From Pseudomonadota bacterium (GTDB lineage Bacteria > Pseudomonadota > Gammaproteobacteria > Burkholderiales > SG8-39), in assembly GCA_031380765.1 (NCBI GenBank), contig JANMXB010000463.1, positions 1 to 49,135 on the forward strand: a DNA stretch of 49,135 bases, given 5' to 3'. Positions 35,275 through 45,696 of the stretch are shown in pieces (the first letter of the stretch is position 1; the number at the start of each line of letters is the position of its first letter). Made by a program: the position numbers and the translations under genes. Under the pieces are notes generated by a model. That model made no database searches. It saw nothing but the letters and a program-made list of their open reading frames with translations, and had not been told where the DNA came from.

Positions 35275-37314
35275 TCAGCCCTCCAGGATCAGCAGGTCGA
35301 CGCCTTCGTCCACCTGCTCGCCGGCGGCAAACCGGATTTCGGCAACAATGCCTGCGCGCGGCGCAGTGATGGTGTGCTCCATCTTCATGGCTTCCAGGAT
35401 CACCAGGGGGGTGCCTTTCTCGACTTTCGCGCCTTTTTGGACCAGCACCGCGATGACCTTGCCCGGCATGGGCGCGGCGAGGCTGCCGCTGTGCGCATCG
35501 GACTCGAGCTCGTGCAGATCGTCGCGCAGCGCAAGGCGATGGCGCTCGCCTTCGAGGAAGATATTCCATTCTTCGTCCACCCGGACGGCGCGGCCCTTGA
35601 TGCTGCGGCCCTCAAGCAGAATCTGCATGTCTCCGTCGGGCCCGCTCTCACCCGAAAGCGTGTACTCGCCTGACGGGGTTCGCATCCGGCAACCCGAGGC
35701 GGTATTGGAAACGGTGACTGCGGTGTGCTGTTCGCCTTCCGTGAATACGAGCGAATGGTGCGGGATTTCGTTCAGCCTCCAGCCGTCCATCAGATGCCAC
35801 GGCGAATTCGGGTCGCCCGACACGCTCGCGCGATTGCGCGCCGAGGCTTCACCGCGGGCAAGTTCGGCGAACGCGGCAAAGGCCAGGACTTCGTCCTTGG
35901 GTGCGGTGGCGGGGGCAAACAGATCTTCGCGATTGCGCTCGATGAGACCCGTGTCGAGGTCTCCGCTGGAGAACGCGCGGCTCTTGACGATGCGGCCAAG
36001 GAATTCGATATTCGTCGTTACCCCGGCGACTTCGAATTGACCGAGAGCCGCGCCCATGCGTGCCAGAGCGACCTCGCGGGTGTCCCCCCAGACAATCAGC
36101 TTGGCGATCATCGGGTCGTAATAAGGGCTGATCGTGTCTCCCTCGCGCACTCCGGAATCGACGCGCACCGGCGCCGGGCCCGCTCCCACTTCGAATTCGA
36201 CGGCGCGCGGCGAGCGCAAGTGCTTGAGTGTGCCCGTGGAGGGCAGGAAATTCTTCGCCGGGTTTTCGGCGTAAACGCGCGCCTCGATCGCGTGGCCGTT
36301 GATCTTCAGTTGCGCCTGCGTGAGAGGCAGCGGCTCGCCCGCCGCGACTTGCAGCTGCCATTGGACGAGATCGAGGCCGGTGACCATTTCGGTCACCGGA
36401 TGCTCGACCTGAAGCCGCGTGTTCATCTCCATGAAATAGAAGCTGCCACCGAGCGCGCCTGCGCGAGTGTCATCCGTGTTCGCGATGAACTCGACGGTGC
36501 CGGCGCCCACGTAGCCAACGGCTTTTGCGGCGGCCACGGCGGCTTCGCCCATGGCCTTGCGGCGTGCCGCCAGCATGCCGGGCGCGGGCGCTTCCTCCAG
36601 CACTTTCTGATGGCGGCGCTGCACGGAGCAGTCACGCTCGAACAGATGGATGCAGTGGCCCTGCGTGTCTGCGAACACCTGGATCTCGATGTGCCGCGGG
36701 CGCGTGAGGTACTTTTCGATCAGCACCCGGTCGTCGCTGAACGAGGCTTTGGCCTCGCGCTGACAGGAGGCGAGCGCGTCTGCGAAGTCAGCGCTTTTCT
36801 CGACCACGCGCATGCCCTTTCCGCCCCCGCCGGCCGAGGCCTTGATGAGCACCGGATAGCCGATCCTGTCGGCCTCATTTTGCAGAAAGGCGGGCTCCTG
36901 CCTGTCGCCGTGGTAGCCGGGAACCAGGGGCACGCCGGCCTTTTCCATAAGGGACTTGGCCGCGCTCTTGGAACCCATTGCGCGAATCGCCGAAGCCGGC
37001 GGGCCGATGAAGACGAGACCGGCATTCGCACACGCAGCGGCAAAGTCCCCATTCTCCGACAAGAACCCGTAGCCGGGATGGATCGCCTGCGCGCCGGTTT
37101 TCTTCGCCACTTCGATGATTGCGTCGCCGCGAAGGTAGCTTTCCTTTGCGGCGGCAGGGCCGATGCAGTACGCCTCGTCCGCAGCGCTGACGTGGCGCGC
37201 CCGGGCGTCGACTTCCGAATAAACGGCGACGACGCCTATGCCCAGGCGCTTCGCGGTCTTGGCGACACGGCAGGCGATTTCGCCGCGGTTGGCGATGAGG
37301 ATTTTGGTGAACAC
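35275..37314 (-). CDS. liuD: 3-methylcrotonyl-CoA carboxylase alpha (biotin carboxylase + biotinyl carrier) subunit
   Basis: GTG start, MFTKILIANRGEIACR. ATP-grasp GGGGKGMR. C-terminal biotinylation motif EAMKMEH. Adjacent to liuB/liuC. Confidence 0.95.
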   Translation of the reverse strand: MFTKILIANRGEIACRVAKTAKRLGIGVVAVYSEVDARARHVSAADEAYCIGPAAAKESYLRGDAIIEVAKKTGAQAIHPGYGFLSENGDFAAACANAGLVFIGPPASAIRAMGSKSAAKSLMEKAGVPLVPGYHGDRQEPAFLQNEADRIGYPVLIKASAGGGGKGMRVVEKSADFADALASCQREAKASFSDDRVLIEKYLTRPRHIEIQVFADTQGHCIHLFERDCSVQRRHQKVLEEAPAPGMLAARRKAMGEAAVAAAKAVGYVGAGTVEFIANTDDTRAGALGGSFYFMEMNTRLQVEHPVTEMVTGLDLVQWQLQVAAGEPLPLTQAQLKINGHAIEARVYAENPAKNFLPSTGTLKHLRSPRAVEFEVGAGPAPVRVDSGVREGDTISPYYDPMIAKLIVWGDTREVALARMGAALGQFEVAGVTTNIEFLGRIVKSRAFSSGDLDTGLIERNREDLFAPATAPKDEVLAFAAFAELARGEASARNRASVSGDPNSPWHLMDGWRLNEIPHHSLVFTEGEQHTAVTVSNTASGCRMRTPSGEYTLSGESGPDGDMQILLEGRSIKGRAVRVDEEWNIFLEGERHRLALRDDLHELESDAHSGSLAAPMPGKVIAVLVQKGAKVEKGTPLVILEAMKMEHTITAPRAGIVAEIRFAAGEQVDEGVDLLILEG

Positions 37315-38145
37315 TTATTTCTTCTTCGCTTTCGCGGCCACCGGCTTTTTCGGTTTGACCTCCGCGGCGGCGACCCAGGCGGGCTTCCTTTTGCCGAGGA
37401 ACGAGGCGATGCCCTCCCTCCCCTCCTTCGAAACACGGATTCTGGCGATGCGCTCGGCGGTGTCGTCGATCATCGGGTCGTCGATCGCGCCGCGCGAAAC
37501 CGCGCGGATGAGGTCCTTGATCTCGGCGAGCGCGTCCTTGCCGCCGGAGACGATGTGGCCGAGCAGCTCGTTGATTTTGCCGTCGAGCTCCCCCGGCAGG
37601 CAGAGCTCGGAGAGAAGGCCCAAGCGATAGGCTTCCGCGGCGCTGAATTTCTCCGCGGTCAGGAAGTAGCGGTGTGCCATGCGCTCGCCCATCGCGCGAA
37701 CCACGTAGGGGCTGATGGTTGCCGGGGACAGCCCGAGCTTGGCTTCGGTCAGCGCAAACTCGGCATCTACCGTGCCGACTGCAATATCGCAGGCCGCCAC
37801 CAGGCCGACGCCGCCGGCATAGGCCGGCCCGTGCACGCGGGCGATGGTCGGCTTTGACAGGCGGTCCAGGACTTTAAGCATTCCGGCGAGCGCCTTGGCG
37901 TCGGCGTGGTTCTGCTCGAGCGTATAGCCTGCCATGCGCTTCATCCAGTTGAGGTCCGCACCCGCGCAGAACGCCGGGCCCGCACCCATGAGCACCACCG
38001 CGCGAATGGAATCGTCCGCGTCGAGCTTCTTCAGCATCTTCGTAAGCGCGGCGATCAACGCGTCGTCGAACGCGTTGCGGATCTCCGGACGGTTGAGGAT
38101 GACGATTGCGCACTGGTTGCGTACGGTGAGTTCGAGGTTTGCCAT
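37315..38145 (-). CDS. liuC: methylglutaconyl-CoA hydratase (crotonase family) with Lys-rich C-terminal tail
   Basis: Crotonase signature VLMGAGPAFCAGADL. Position between the carboxylase subunits. Tail KPKKPVAAKAKKK. Confidence 0.85.
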   Translation of the reverse strand: MANLELTVRNQCAIVILNRPEIRNAFDDALIAALTKMLKKLDADDSIRAVVLMGAGPAFCAGADLNWMKRMAGYTLEQNHADAKALAGMLKVLDRLSKPTIARVHGPAYAGGVGLVAACDIAVGTVDAEFALTEAKLGLSPATISPYVVRAMGERMAHRYFLTAEKFSAAEAYRLGLLSELCLPGELDGKINELLGHIVSGGKDALAEIKDLIRAVSRGAIDDPMIDDTAERIARIRVSKEGREGIASFLGKRKPAWVAAAEVKPKKPVAAKAKKK

Positions 38146-38222
38146 GGTTGTTTTGAGAGTGGGGGTGGGGGTGCGGGGGAAGGCGCGTAGTTATAACTTC
38201 GGAGCCTTCCTCTGCTTCCTAT

Positions 38223-39830
38223 TTACATTCTGAAGACACCGAATTTCGTGTCTTCGACTGGGGCGTTGAGCGAAGCGGAGATCGCGAGTCCAAGCACGCG
38301 CCGCGTGTCGGCAGGATCGATTACGCCATCGTCCCAGAGGCGGGCGCTGGCGTAGTAGGGATGGCCCTGGCGCTCGTACTGGTCGAGGATCGGCTGCTTG
38401 AATGCCGCTTCCTCCTCGGCCGACCACTTTCCGCCTTTGCCTTCGATGCCGTCGCGCTTGACCGTCGCAAGCACCGATGCGGCTTGCGGTCCGCCCAGCA
38501 CGGAGATCCGCGCGTTCGGCCACATCCAGAGAAAACGCGGCGAATAGGCGCGGCCGCACATGCCGTAGTTCCCGGCACCGAACGAGCCGCCGATGATCAC
38601 CGTGAATTTCGGCACCCGCGCGGTCGCGACTGCGGTGACCATTTTCGCGCCGTCCCGCGCGATGCCACCCGCCTCGTACTTTTTGCCGACCATGTAGCCG
38701 GTGATGTTCTGCAGGAACACCAGCGGGATGTTGCGCTGGCAGGCGAGTTCGATGAAGTGCGTCGCCTTGAGCGAACTTTCCGAAAACAGTACGCCGTTGT
38801 TGGCGAGGATTGCGACCGGATAGCCGTGGATGCGCGCAAATCCCGTGATCAGCGTCGTCCCGTAGTTGCGCTTGAACTCGTCGAGCTCGGAACCGTCGAC
38901 GATGCGCGCGATGACTTCGCGCACATCGTACGGTTTCCTTGTTTCGTTGGGGATCACCCCGTAGATCTCCTCCGCCGCATACAAGGGATCGACGGGCTCG
39001 CGCACGTCGAGCGTCACGGTCTTTTTGCGATTGAGGTTGCCAACGATGTCGCGGGCGATCGACAGGGCGTGCGCATCGTTCAGCGCAAGATGGTCGACCA
39101 CGCCGGAGATCTTCGCGTGCACGTCGGCGCCACCCAGATCTTCCGCCGAGACAATCTCGCCCGTGGCTGCTTTCACGATTGGCGGGCCGCCGAGGAAGAT
39201 CGTGCCCTGGTTTTTCACGATGATCGATTCGTCGGACATCGCGGGCACGTAGGCGCCGCCGGCAGTGCAGGAACCCATGACCACCGCGATCTGCGGGATG
39301 CCCGCGGCCGACATGTTGGCCTGGTTGTAGAAAATGCGGCCGAAATGCTCCCTATCCGGAAACACTTCGTCCTGGTTCGGCAGGTTGGCGCCCCCCGAAT
39401 CGACCAGGTAAACGCAGGGCAGGCGGTTCTGGATCGCGATCTCCTGGGCGCGCAGGTGCTTCTTGACGGTCATCGGGAAATAGGTGCCGCCTTTGACCGT
39501 GGCGTCGTTCGCCACGATTACGCATTCACGCCCGGCGATGCGGCCCATGCCGGTGATGATCGAGGCCGAAGGCACCTCGCCGCCATACATGCCGAAAGCC
39601 GCAAGCTGGCCGATCTCGAGGAACGGTGAACCCGGGTCCAGCAGCGTGCGAACACGCTCGCGCGGCAGCAGCTTGCCCCGTGACACGTGCTTCTGGCGCG
39701 ACGCTTCGTCGCCGCCGATGGTGATCTTCGCGACCTTCTCGCGCAGGTCGCGCACCAGATCGCGCATGTGCTCGGAGTTCGCCTTGAAATCGGCCGAGCG
39801 CGGATCGAGCTGGGACTTGAAGACCGGCAT
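38223..39830 (-). CDS. liuB: 3-methylcrotonyl-CoA carboxylase beta (carboxyltransferase) subunit
   Basis: 535 aa from ATG 39830 ([18 protein letters not shown]...). Carboxyltransferase blocks [14 protein letters not shown] and [16 protein letters not shown]. Confidence 0.95.
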   Translation of the reverse strand: MPVFKSQLDPRSADFKANSEHMRDLVRDLREKVAKITIGGDEASRQKHVSRGKLLPRERVRTLLDPGSPFLEIGQLAAFGMYGGEVPSASIITGMGRIAGRECVIVANDATVKGGTYFPMTVKKHLRAQEIAIQNRLPCVYLVDSGGANLPNQDEVFPDREHFGRIFYNQANMSAAGIPQIAVVMGSCTAGGAYVPAMSDESIIVKNQGTIFLGGPPIVKAATGEIVSAEDLGGADVHAKISGVVDHLALNDAHALSIARDIVGNLNRKKTVTLDVREPVDPLYAAEEIYGVIPNETRKPYDVREVIARIVDGSELDEFKRNYGTTLITGFARIHGYPVAILANNGVLFSESSLKATHFIELACQRNIPLVFLQNITGYMVGKKYEAGGIARDGAKMVTAVATARVPKFTVIIGGSFGAGNYGMCGRAYSPRFLWMWPNARISVLGGPQAASVLATVKRDGIEGKGGKWSAEEEAAFKQPILDQYERQGHPYYASARLWDDGVIDPADTRRVLGLAISASLNAPVEDTKFGVFRM

Positions 39831-40240
39831 CAGGCGTTGCCTTTGTGCGCGGGTTTCTCTGCTGCGGGCCGGCCGGCTTTCTTCCATTGCCCGAAACCGC
39901 CTTCGAGGTGGAGCACGTTCTTGACGCCCATCTCCTCCAGCGTCGCGGCGGCGAGCACGCCGCGCCAGTCCGCGGCGCAGTAGAGGATCAGGGTCTTTCC
40001 CTCTGCGAACACCGGCTTGTAATACGGGCTGTCGGGATCGACCCAGAATTCGAGCATGCCGCGCGGCGCATGAAAGGCGCCCGGGATCATGCCGTCGCGC
40101 TCCATCTCGCGCACGTCGCGCAGATCCACGAACACCGTTTGCGGGTCGCCAAGTTTCGCCTGCGCGGCATCGGCCGAGATGCCCTTTGACTTCTTCTCGG
40201 CTTCCGCGATCAGGTCCTTAATGCCCTTCTTGAGTGCCAT
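39830..40240 (-). CDS. single-domain rhodanese-like sulfurtransferase
   Basis: 136 aa. Active-site loop YCAADWRG (Cys-x4-Arg). [10 protein letters not shown]...[14 protein letters not shown]. Its stop overlaps the liuB ATG by 1 nt (TGATG). Confidence 0.85.
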   Translation of the reverse strand: MALKKGIKDLIAEAEKKSKGISADAAQAKLGDPQTVFVDLRDVREMERDGMIPGAFHAPRGMLEFWVDPDSPYYKPVFAEGKTLILYCAADWRGVLAAATLEEMGVKNVLHLEGGFGQWKKAGRPAAEKPAHKGNA

Positions 40241-40258
40241 GCCAGCTCCTTTGCGCCC

Positions 40259-41389
40259 TCAACCAGTCAGCGCACGTCCTATCACCAGGCGCTGGATGTC
40301 GCTCGCGCCTTCGTAGATCTTGCACACGCGCACGTCCCGCCAGATGCGCTCCACGGGAAAGTCTGCCACGTAGCCATAGCCGCCGTGCACCTGGATCGCG
40401 TCCGAGCACACTTTCTCGGCCATTTCGGAGGCAAACAGCTTGGCCATCGAGGCTTCCTTGAGGCAAGGCCGTCCCGCGTCGCGCAACGCGGCGGCATGGA
40501 GATAAAGCTGGCGGGCGGCCTCGATCTGCGTGGCTGCGTCGGCCAGGCGGAAATTCACCGCCTGGTGCTCGATCAACGCCTGGCCGAAGGTTTTCCTTTC
40601 CTTCGCATAGGCCACCGCCGCATCAAGCGCCGCGCGCGCCATGCCTACCGCCTGGGCTGCGATGTTGATCCGGCCCGACTCCAGGTTGGCCAGGGCTATG
40701 CGGTAGCCAAGGCCTTCCTCGCCAAGCAGGTTGGCCGCCGGGATCGCGCAGTTCTCGAGCACGATCTGCGCGGTGTCCGACGCATGCTGGCCGGTCTTTT
40801 CTTCCAGCCTCGCCACGACATAGCCGGGCGTGGAAGTCGGCACGACAAAGGCGCCGATGCCTTTCTTGCCTGCGCCTTTATCGGTGACGGCAAAGACGAT
40901 GGCGATGTCGGCGGTTTTTCCCGATGTGACGAACTGCTTTACGCCGTTCAGGACGTATTGGCCGCCATTCTTCTCGGCTCGCGTCGTAATCGCGGCAGCG
41001 TCCGAGCCGGTGTGGGGCTCCGTCAGGCAGAACGCGCCAAGCAGGTCGCCTTTCGCCAGTGGCCGCAGGAACGCGTCCTTCTGCGCGGCCGAACCGAACC
41101 CATTGAGGATTCCTGCGACGAGATTGGTGACCGAGATGATCGTCGAGGTGGCGCCATCGCCCGCGGAGATCTCCTCGATGGCGAGCGCAAGAGCCGTGTA
41201 GTCCATGCCAGCACCGCCCCACTCCTCGGCAACAGCCACTGCGTAGAGCCCCATGGCGCCCAGCGCGCGTAATGCCTCACGCGGAAAATGGTTCTCCTTG
41301 TCCCAGCGGGCCGCATTCGGGGCGAGTTCCTTCAACGCGAACGCGCGGACTGTGTCGCGCAGCATTTCGTGTTGGGACGCGAGGAGCAT
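40259..41389 (-). CDS. acyl-CoA dehydrogenase (short/branched-chain type)
   Basis: 376 aa from ATG 41389. CLTEPHTGSDAAA, QVHGGYGYVADFPVERIWRDVRVCKIYEGASDIQ. Confidence 0.9.
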   Translation of the reverse strand: MLLASQHEMLRDTVRAFALKELAPNAARWDKENHFPREALRALGAMGLYAVAVAEEWGGAGMDYTALALAIEEISAGDGATSTIISVTNLVAGILNGFGSAAQKDAFLRPLAKGDLLGAFCLTEPHTGSDAAAITTRAEKNGGQYVLNGVKQFVTSGKTADIAIVFAVTDKGAGKKGIGAFVVPTSTPGYVVARLEEKTGQHASDTAQIVLENCAIPAANLLGEEGLGYRIALANLESGRINIAAQAVGMARAALDAAVAYAKERKTFGQALIEHQAVNFRLADAATQIEAARQLYLHAAALRDAGRPCLKEASMAKLFASEMAEKVCSDAIQVHGGYGYVADFPVERIWRDVRVCKIYEGASDIQRLVIGRALTG

Positions 41390-41391
41390 GG

Positions 41392-41805
41392 TCAGCTGAC
41401 GCGAACGTACGTCAGCGTGTGGTGCGTGAACACTTTGCCCGCGCTGTCGTGGCATTCGGCGGTGCCGAAGAAGCGCCGCGTGCCGGCCTTGAGGATGCGC
41501 GCGGTGCAGTACACGGTCTTTGCTTTCGCGGCTGCAAGAAACACGGTGTTGAGGTCCGAGGTCAGGGCGTCGTGCGCCATGCCCAGGCGCGCCTTGATGA
41601 CAAGCCACATCGCCACGTCGGCCGCTGCTATGAGGGCGGGACCATTGACGATCCCGCCCGGGCGCTCGAGGGCGGGCCGATTGGGCAGCGCGACGGTGCA
41701 CTGGTCGCCGTCCGCCCTCACGACGCGGAACCGCCACGTCTTCAGGAAGCGGGCGCCGTCCAGCAATCGCTGCAGCTCGGCCTTGCTCGCCGCGGGCCGT
41801 TTCAA
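41392..41805 (-). CDS. PaaI-family hot-dog thioesterase
   Basis: 137 aa, TTG start overlapping the RidA stop. NRPALERPGGIVNGPALIAAADVAM typical of PaaI/DUF4442-like hot-dog proteins. Confidence 0.7.
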   Translation of the reverse strand: MKRPAASKAELQRLLDGARFLKTWRFRVVRADGDQCTVALPNRPALERPGGIVNGPALIAAADVAMWLVIKARLGMAHDALTSDLNTVFLAAAKAKTVYCTARILKAGTRRFFGTAECHDSAGKVFTHHTLTYVRVS

Positions 41806-42185
41806 GAACCCTTCCTTGCGGTGACTTCGATCTCGATTTTCATGCGTGCATCGACCAGGCCGCAGACAACCGCGGTGGCCGCTGGCCGCGCCCGGGCGAA
41901 ATACTCACCGAAGATCGGCGCCACCTTGGTGAAGTATTCGCGCTCCGCCAGGTAATAGGTTACGCGGACGACGTCGTCCAGCGTGGCGTCCGCCTGCTTG
42001 AGGGCCGCGGCGATGTTCGCAAACACCTGGCGGGTCTGGACCGCGAGATCGTCGGCGATGGTCATCGTCGAATAGTCGAAGCCTGTCGTGCCGGCGACGT
42101 GGATCCAGTCCCCGTCGACCACGGCGCGGCTGTAGCCGGCGACGGCCTCGAACGCGGAACCGGATGAAATCAGGCGCTTGGTCAT
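41802..42185 (-). CDS. RidA/YjgF family protein
   Basis: ATG 42185 preferred over TTG 42197. VAGTTGFDY...QTRQVFANIAAALKQADATLDDVVRVTYYL...RPAATAVV...IEIEVTA. Confidence 0.85.
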   Translation of the reverse strand: MTKRLISSGSAFEAVAGYSRAVVDGDWIHVAGTTGFDYSTMTIADDLAVQTRQVFANIAAALKQADATLDDVVRVTYYLAEREYFTKVAPIFGEYFARARPAATAVVCGLVDARMKIEIEVTARKGS

Positions 42186-42264
42186 TTGGAAAGTCAAACT
42201 TTTGTTCTTGTAGAATCAATACCACTGCGTCGTACGTGCCAATGATGTTTCCAAAAGCAGAAAA

Positions 42265-42950
<686 letters not shown>

Positions 42951-42951
<1 letters not shown>

Positions 42952-44135
42952 CAGCTGAGCTCGATCGCCATCGCGGTGGCTTCACCACCCCCGATGCATA
43001 GAGTCGCCACGCCGCGTTTGCCGCCGTATTTGCGCAATGCGCCGATCAAAGTGACGAGGATGCGCGCGCCTGAAGCCCCGATTGGATGGCCCAGCGCGCA
43101 GGCCCCGCCGTGCACGTTCACCTTTTCGTGCGGCAGCTTGTGCTCCTGCATCACCGCCATCGTCACAACGGCAAAGGCCTCATTGATCTCGTAGAGGTCG
43201 ACCTTGTCCGCGCTCCAGCCGGTTTTGTCGAACAGCTTTTTCATCGCCCCCACGGGAGCGGTCGTGAACCAGCCTGGCTCCTGCGCATGCGTCGCGTGTC
43301 CTGCCACCAACGCAATCGGGGACAGACCCCGTTTTTCCGCTGTCGAGCGCCGCATCATCACGAGCGCCGCACCGCCGTCGGAGATCGAGCTCGAGTTGGC
43401 GGCGGTCACCGTGCCGTCCTTGGCGAATGCAGGCTTGAGCGTGGGGATCTTGTCGAAATTCGCCTTGAACGGCTGCTCGTCGGTTTCGATGAAGCGCTGG
43501 TCCTTGCCTCCCTTGATTGCCATGGGCGTGATCTCCCAGGCGAACCAGCCTTCCTTGTTGGCCTTCTGCGCGCGCTCGAGCGATTGCACCGCGAATGCGT
43601 CCTGCGCCTCGCGCGTGAAATGGAACTTCTTCGCGCACTCCTCGGCGAAGCTGCCCATGAGGCGGCCCTTGTCATAAGCGTCTTCAAGCCCGTCGAGAAA
43701 CATGTGATCCACGATCTGGCCATGGCCCATGCGATAACCGGTGCGAGCCCTCGGTAGCAGATAGGGTGCGTTGGTCATCGATTCCATGCCACCCGCGACC
43801 ATGATGTCATTGGTGCCCGCGGTGATGAGGTCGTGCGCGAGCATCGCGGCTTTCATTCCCGAACCGCACATCTTGTTGATCGTCGTGCAGCCGGTGGAAA
43901 GAGGCAGCCCGGCGCCCAGGCTCGCCTGGCGCGCGGGCGCCTGGCCCTGACCGGCGGGCAGCACGCAGCCCATGATGACTTCTGCCACGTCATCGGGTTT
44001 GATCTTCGCGCGTTCGACGGCCGCGCGGATTGCGGCCGCACCGAGCTCGGGTGCGGCGAAGCCCTTGAGTTCCCCCTGGAATGCGCCCATCGGCGTGCGC
44101 GCAGCGGAAACGATGACAATTGGATCTGAATTCAC
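42951..44135 (-). CDS. acetyl-CoA C-acyltransferase (thiolase)
   Basis: 394 aa, GTG start. Active-site blocks INKMCGSGMKA, NEAFA, NVHGGACALGHPIGASGARI. Confidence 0.95.
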
Positions 44136-45232
44136 GATTGCTCCTTGACTAGTCCGGCAGTGAGCCGGATGGCTTCGATGGTTTCGGCTTCAAGCTGCGC
44201 AATGAGTTCGGCAGCCGGCAATGCCCGCGACATTGCCAGCCCCTGGCCTGCCCAAAGCGCGAGGAATTCCGGATTGCCAGCCTTCGCCGCGGCCGCTCGC
44301 AGCGTGCCCGTGACGCTATTTTGCGCCGGAAACGCGAGTTGCGCGGCGTCGCGGGCGTTCATTTCGCGCATGAAGCGGTTGGCAATCCCGCGGGCAGGCT
44401 TGCCCGAGAATTTCCCGGTGATCGAGGTGATGTCCTCGCGTGCCGCGAGCAGCGCCTCCTTGTGCGCCTGGGACGCGCCGGATTCCGGGCAGGGGAGGAA
44501 AGCAGTGCCCAGTTGCGCGGCCTGTGCGCCCAGGGCCAGCACCGCTGCGACGCCCGCGCCATCCATGATGCCGCCGGCTGCGATCACCGGGATTCGAACC
44601 GCACGCACGATGAGCCGGGTCAGCGCAAACGTGCCGGTAAGCGCCTCGGCAGGATCGCGAAGATAGGTGCCCCGGTGACCTCCGGCTTCGCCGCCTTGTG
44701 CAATGACGAAATCGAAGCCCTGTGATTCGAGCTGCTCGGCTTCGGCAACGCAAGTCGCGCTGCCCCCGACCGTGATGCCGGCCGCCTTGAGCGTCCTGAG
44801 GCGCTCCGGCGACAGCGCATTCAGGTGGACGGTAAACACGCGGGGACGGATCGCTACGACCGCGGCGAGCTGCGCGTCGAAGTCCGGCCCGTAGGGCGCG
44901 CGTACCGGTTCAGGGGCAGGCAAACCGAGCTCCGAGTAGTACGCGGCGACAGCGCCGAGCGCCTCCCGTTGGGCATTGTCGGGAATGTCCCCGGGCAGCG
45001 GCGCGCCGAAAAGATTGATGCCGAAAGGCTTGCCGGTTTTCGCGCGGACTGCGGCCGACTGCTTCTTAATTTTTTCGGGCTGCGTGTAGGCGAACCCGAA
45101 CGAACCGAGCGCGCCGGCCGCCGAGCAGGCTGCAACCAGTTCGAGCGACGAAGGCCCGCCGGCCATCGGTGCCTGGATGATCGGTACCGCAATGCCGAGG
45201 AGCTCGGTGAGGGGAGTCTGTATTCGTGTCAT
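44132..45232 (-). CDS. nitronate monooxygenase / 2-nitropropane dioxygenase (NMO) family flavoprotein
   Basis: PIIQAPMAGG N-terminal motif, GGEAGGHRG, IPVIAAGGIMDG. Confidence 0.9.
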   Translation of the reverse strand: MTRIQTPLTELLGIAVPIIQAPMAGGPSSLELVAACSAAGALGSFGFAYTQPEKIKKQSAAVRAKTGKPFGINLFGAPLPGDIPDNAQREALGAVAAYYSELGLPAPEPVRAPYGPDFDAQLAAVVAIRPRVFTVHLNALSPERLRTLKAAGITVGGSATCVAEAEQLESQGFDFVIAQGGEAGGHRGTYLRDPAEALTGTFALTRLIVRAVRIPVIAAGGIMDGAGVAAVLALGAQAAQLGTAFLPCPESGASQAHKEALLAAREDITSITGKFSGKPARGIANRFMREMNARDAAQLAFPAQNSVTGTLRAAAAKAGNPEFLALWAGQGLAMSRALPAAELIAQLEAETIEAIRLTAGLVKEQS

Positions 45233-45252
45233 TGGGAGTGTTTCCCCATTTT

Positions 45253-45696
45253 TCAGGCCGGAACGTCGTACGCGCCAATCAGTGTGCTCGCACGTTCCAC
45301 GATAGCCTCGGGAAACGCGCAGGATTTACGCGCTACCGCGTCAATATGCACTGCTGTAAGAACCATGACCGCCGCAATATCGCCCTGCGGGCCGTTGCGC
45401 ATCTCGTGCACGAATTTCACCACCTTGCCGCCAACGTCGAGCAGCATTGAGCTGATGCTGACCAGGTCCCCGGCATGCAGCTCGCGCCGGTAGGTGATGT
45501 TCTGCTGCACGGCCGCCATGCCGCGGGCGCTTTTGCGCAGGTATTGAGAGGTGACGCCCATTTCGGCAAATAGGTTCCAGGTCGCCTCGTCGAACTTCCC
45601 GACATACCACATCACGTTCATGTGGCCCATGTGGTCGCAATGCCACGGATAAACCGCGCCGCGATAGGTGGGTATCAGACCGGCCACGGCGCTCAC
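45253..45696 (-). CDS. 4HBT/YbgC-like acyl-CoA thioesterase
   Basis: 147 aa, GTG start overlapping the liuA stop. [23 protein letters not shown] hot-dog motif. Confidence 0.8.
   Translation of the reverse strand: MSAVAGLIPTYRGAVYPWHCDHMGHMNVMWYVGKFDEATWNLFAEMGVTSQYLRKSARGMAAVQQNITYRRELHAGDLVSISSMLLDVGGKVVKFVHEMRNGPQGDIAAVMVLTAVHIDAVARKSCAFPEAIVERASTLIGAYDVPA

Noticed and set aside
35725-37857. 710-aa plus-strand ORF
   Set aside because: It is antisense to liuD and liuC, which carry unambiguous biotin carboxylase and crotonase signatures. The translation is low-complexity.
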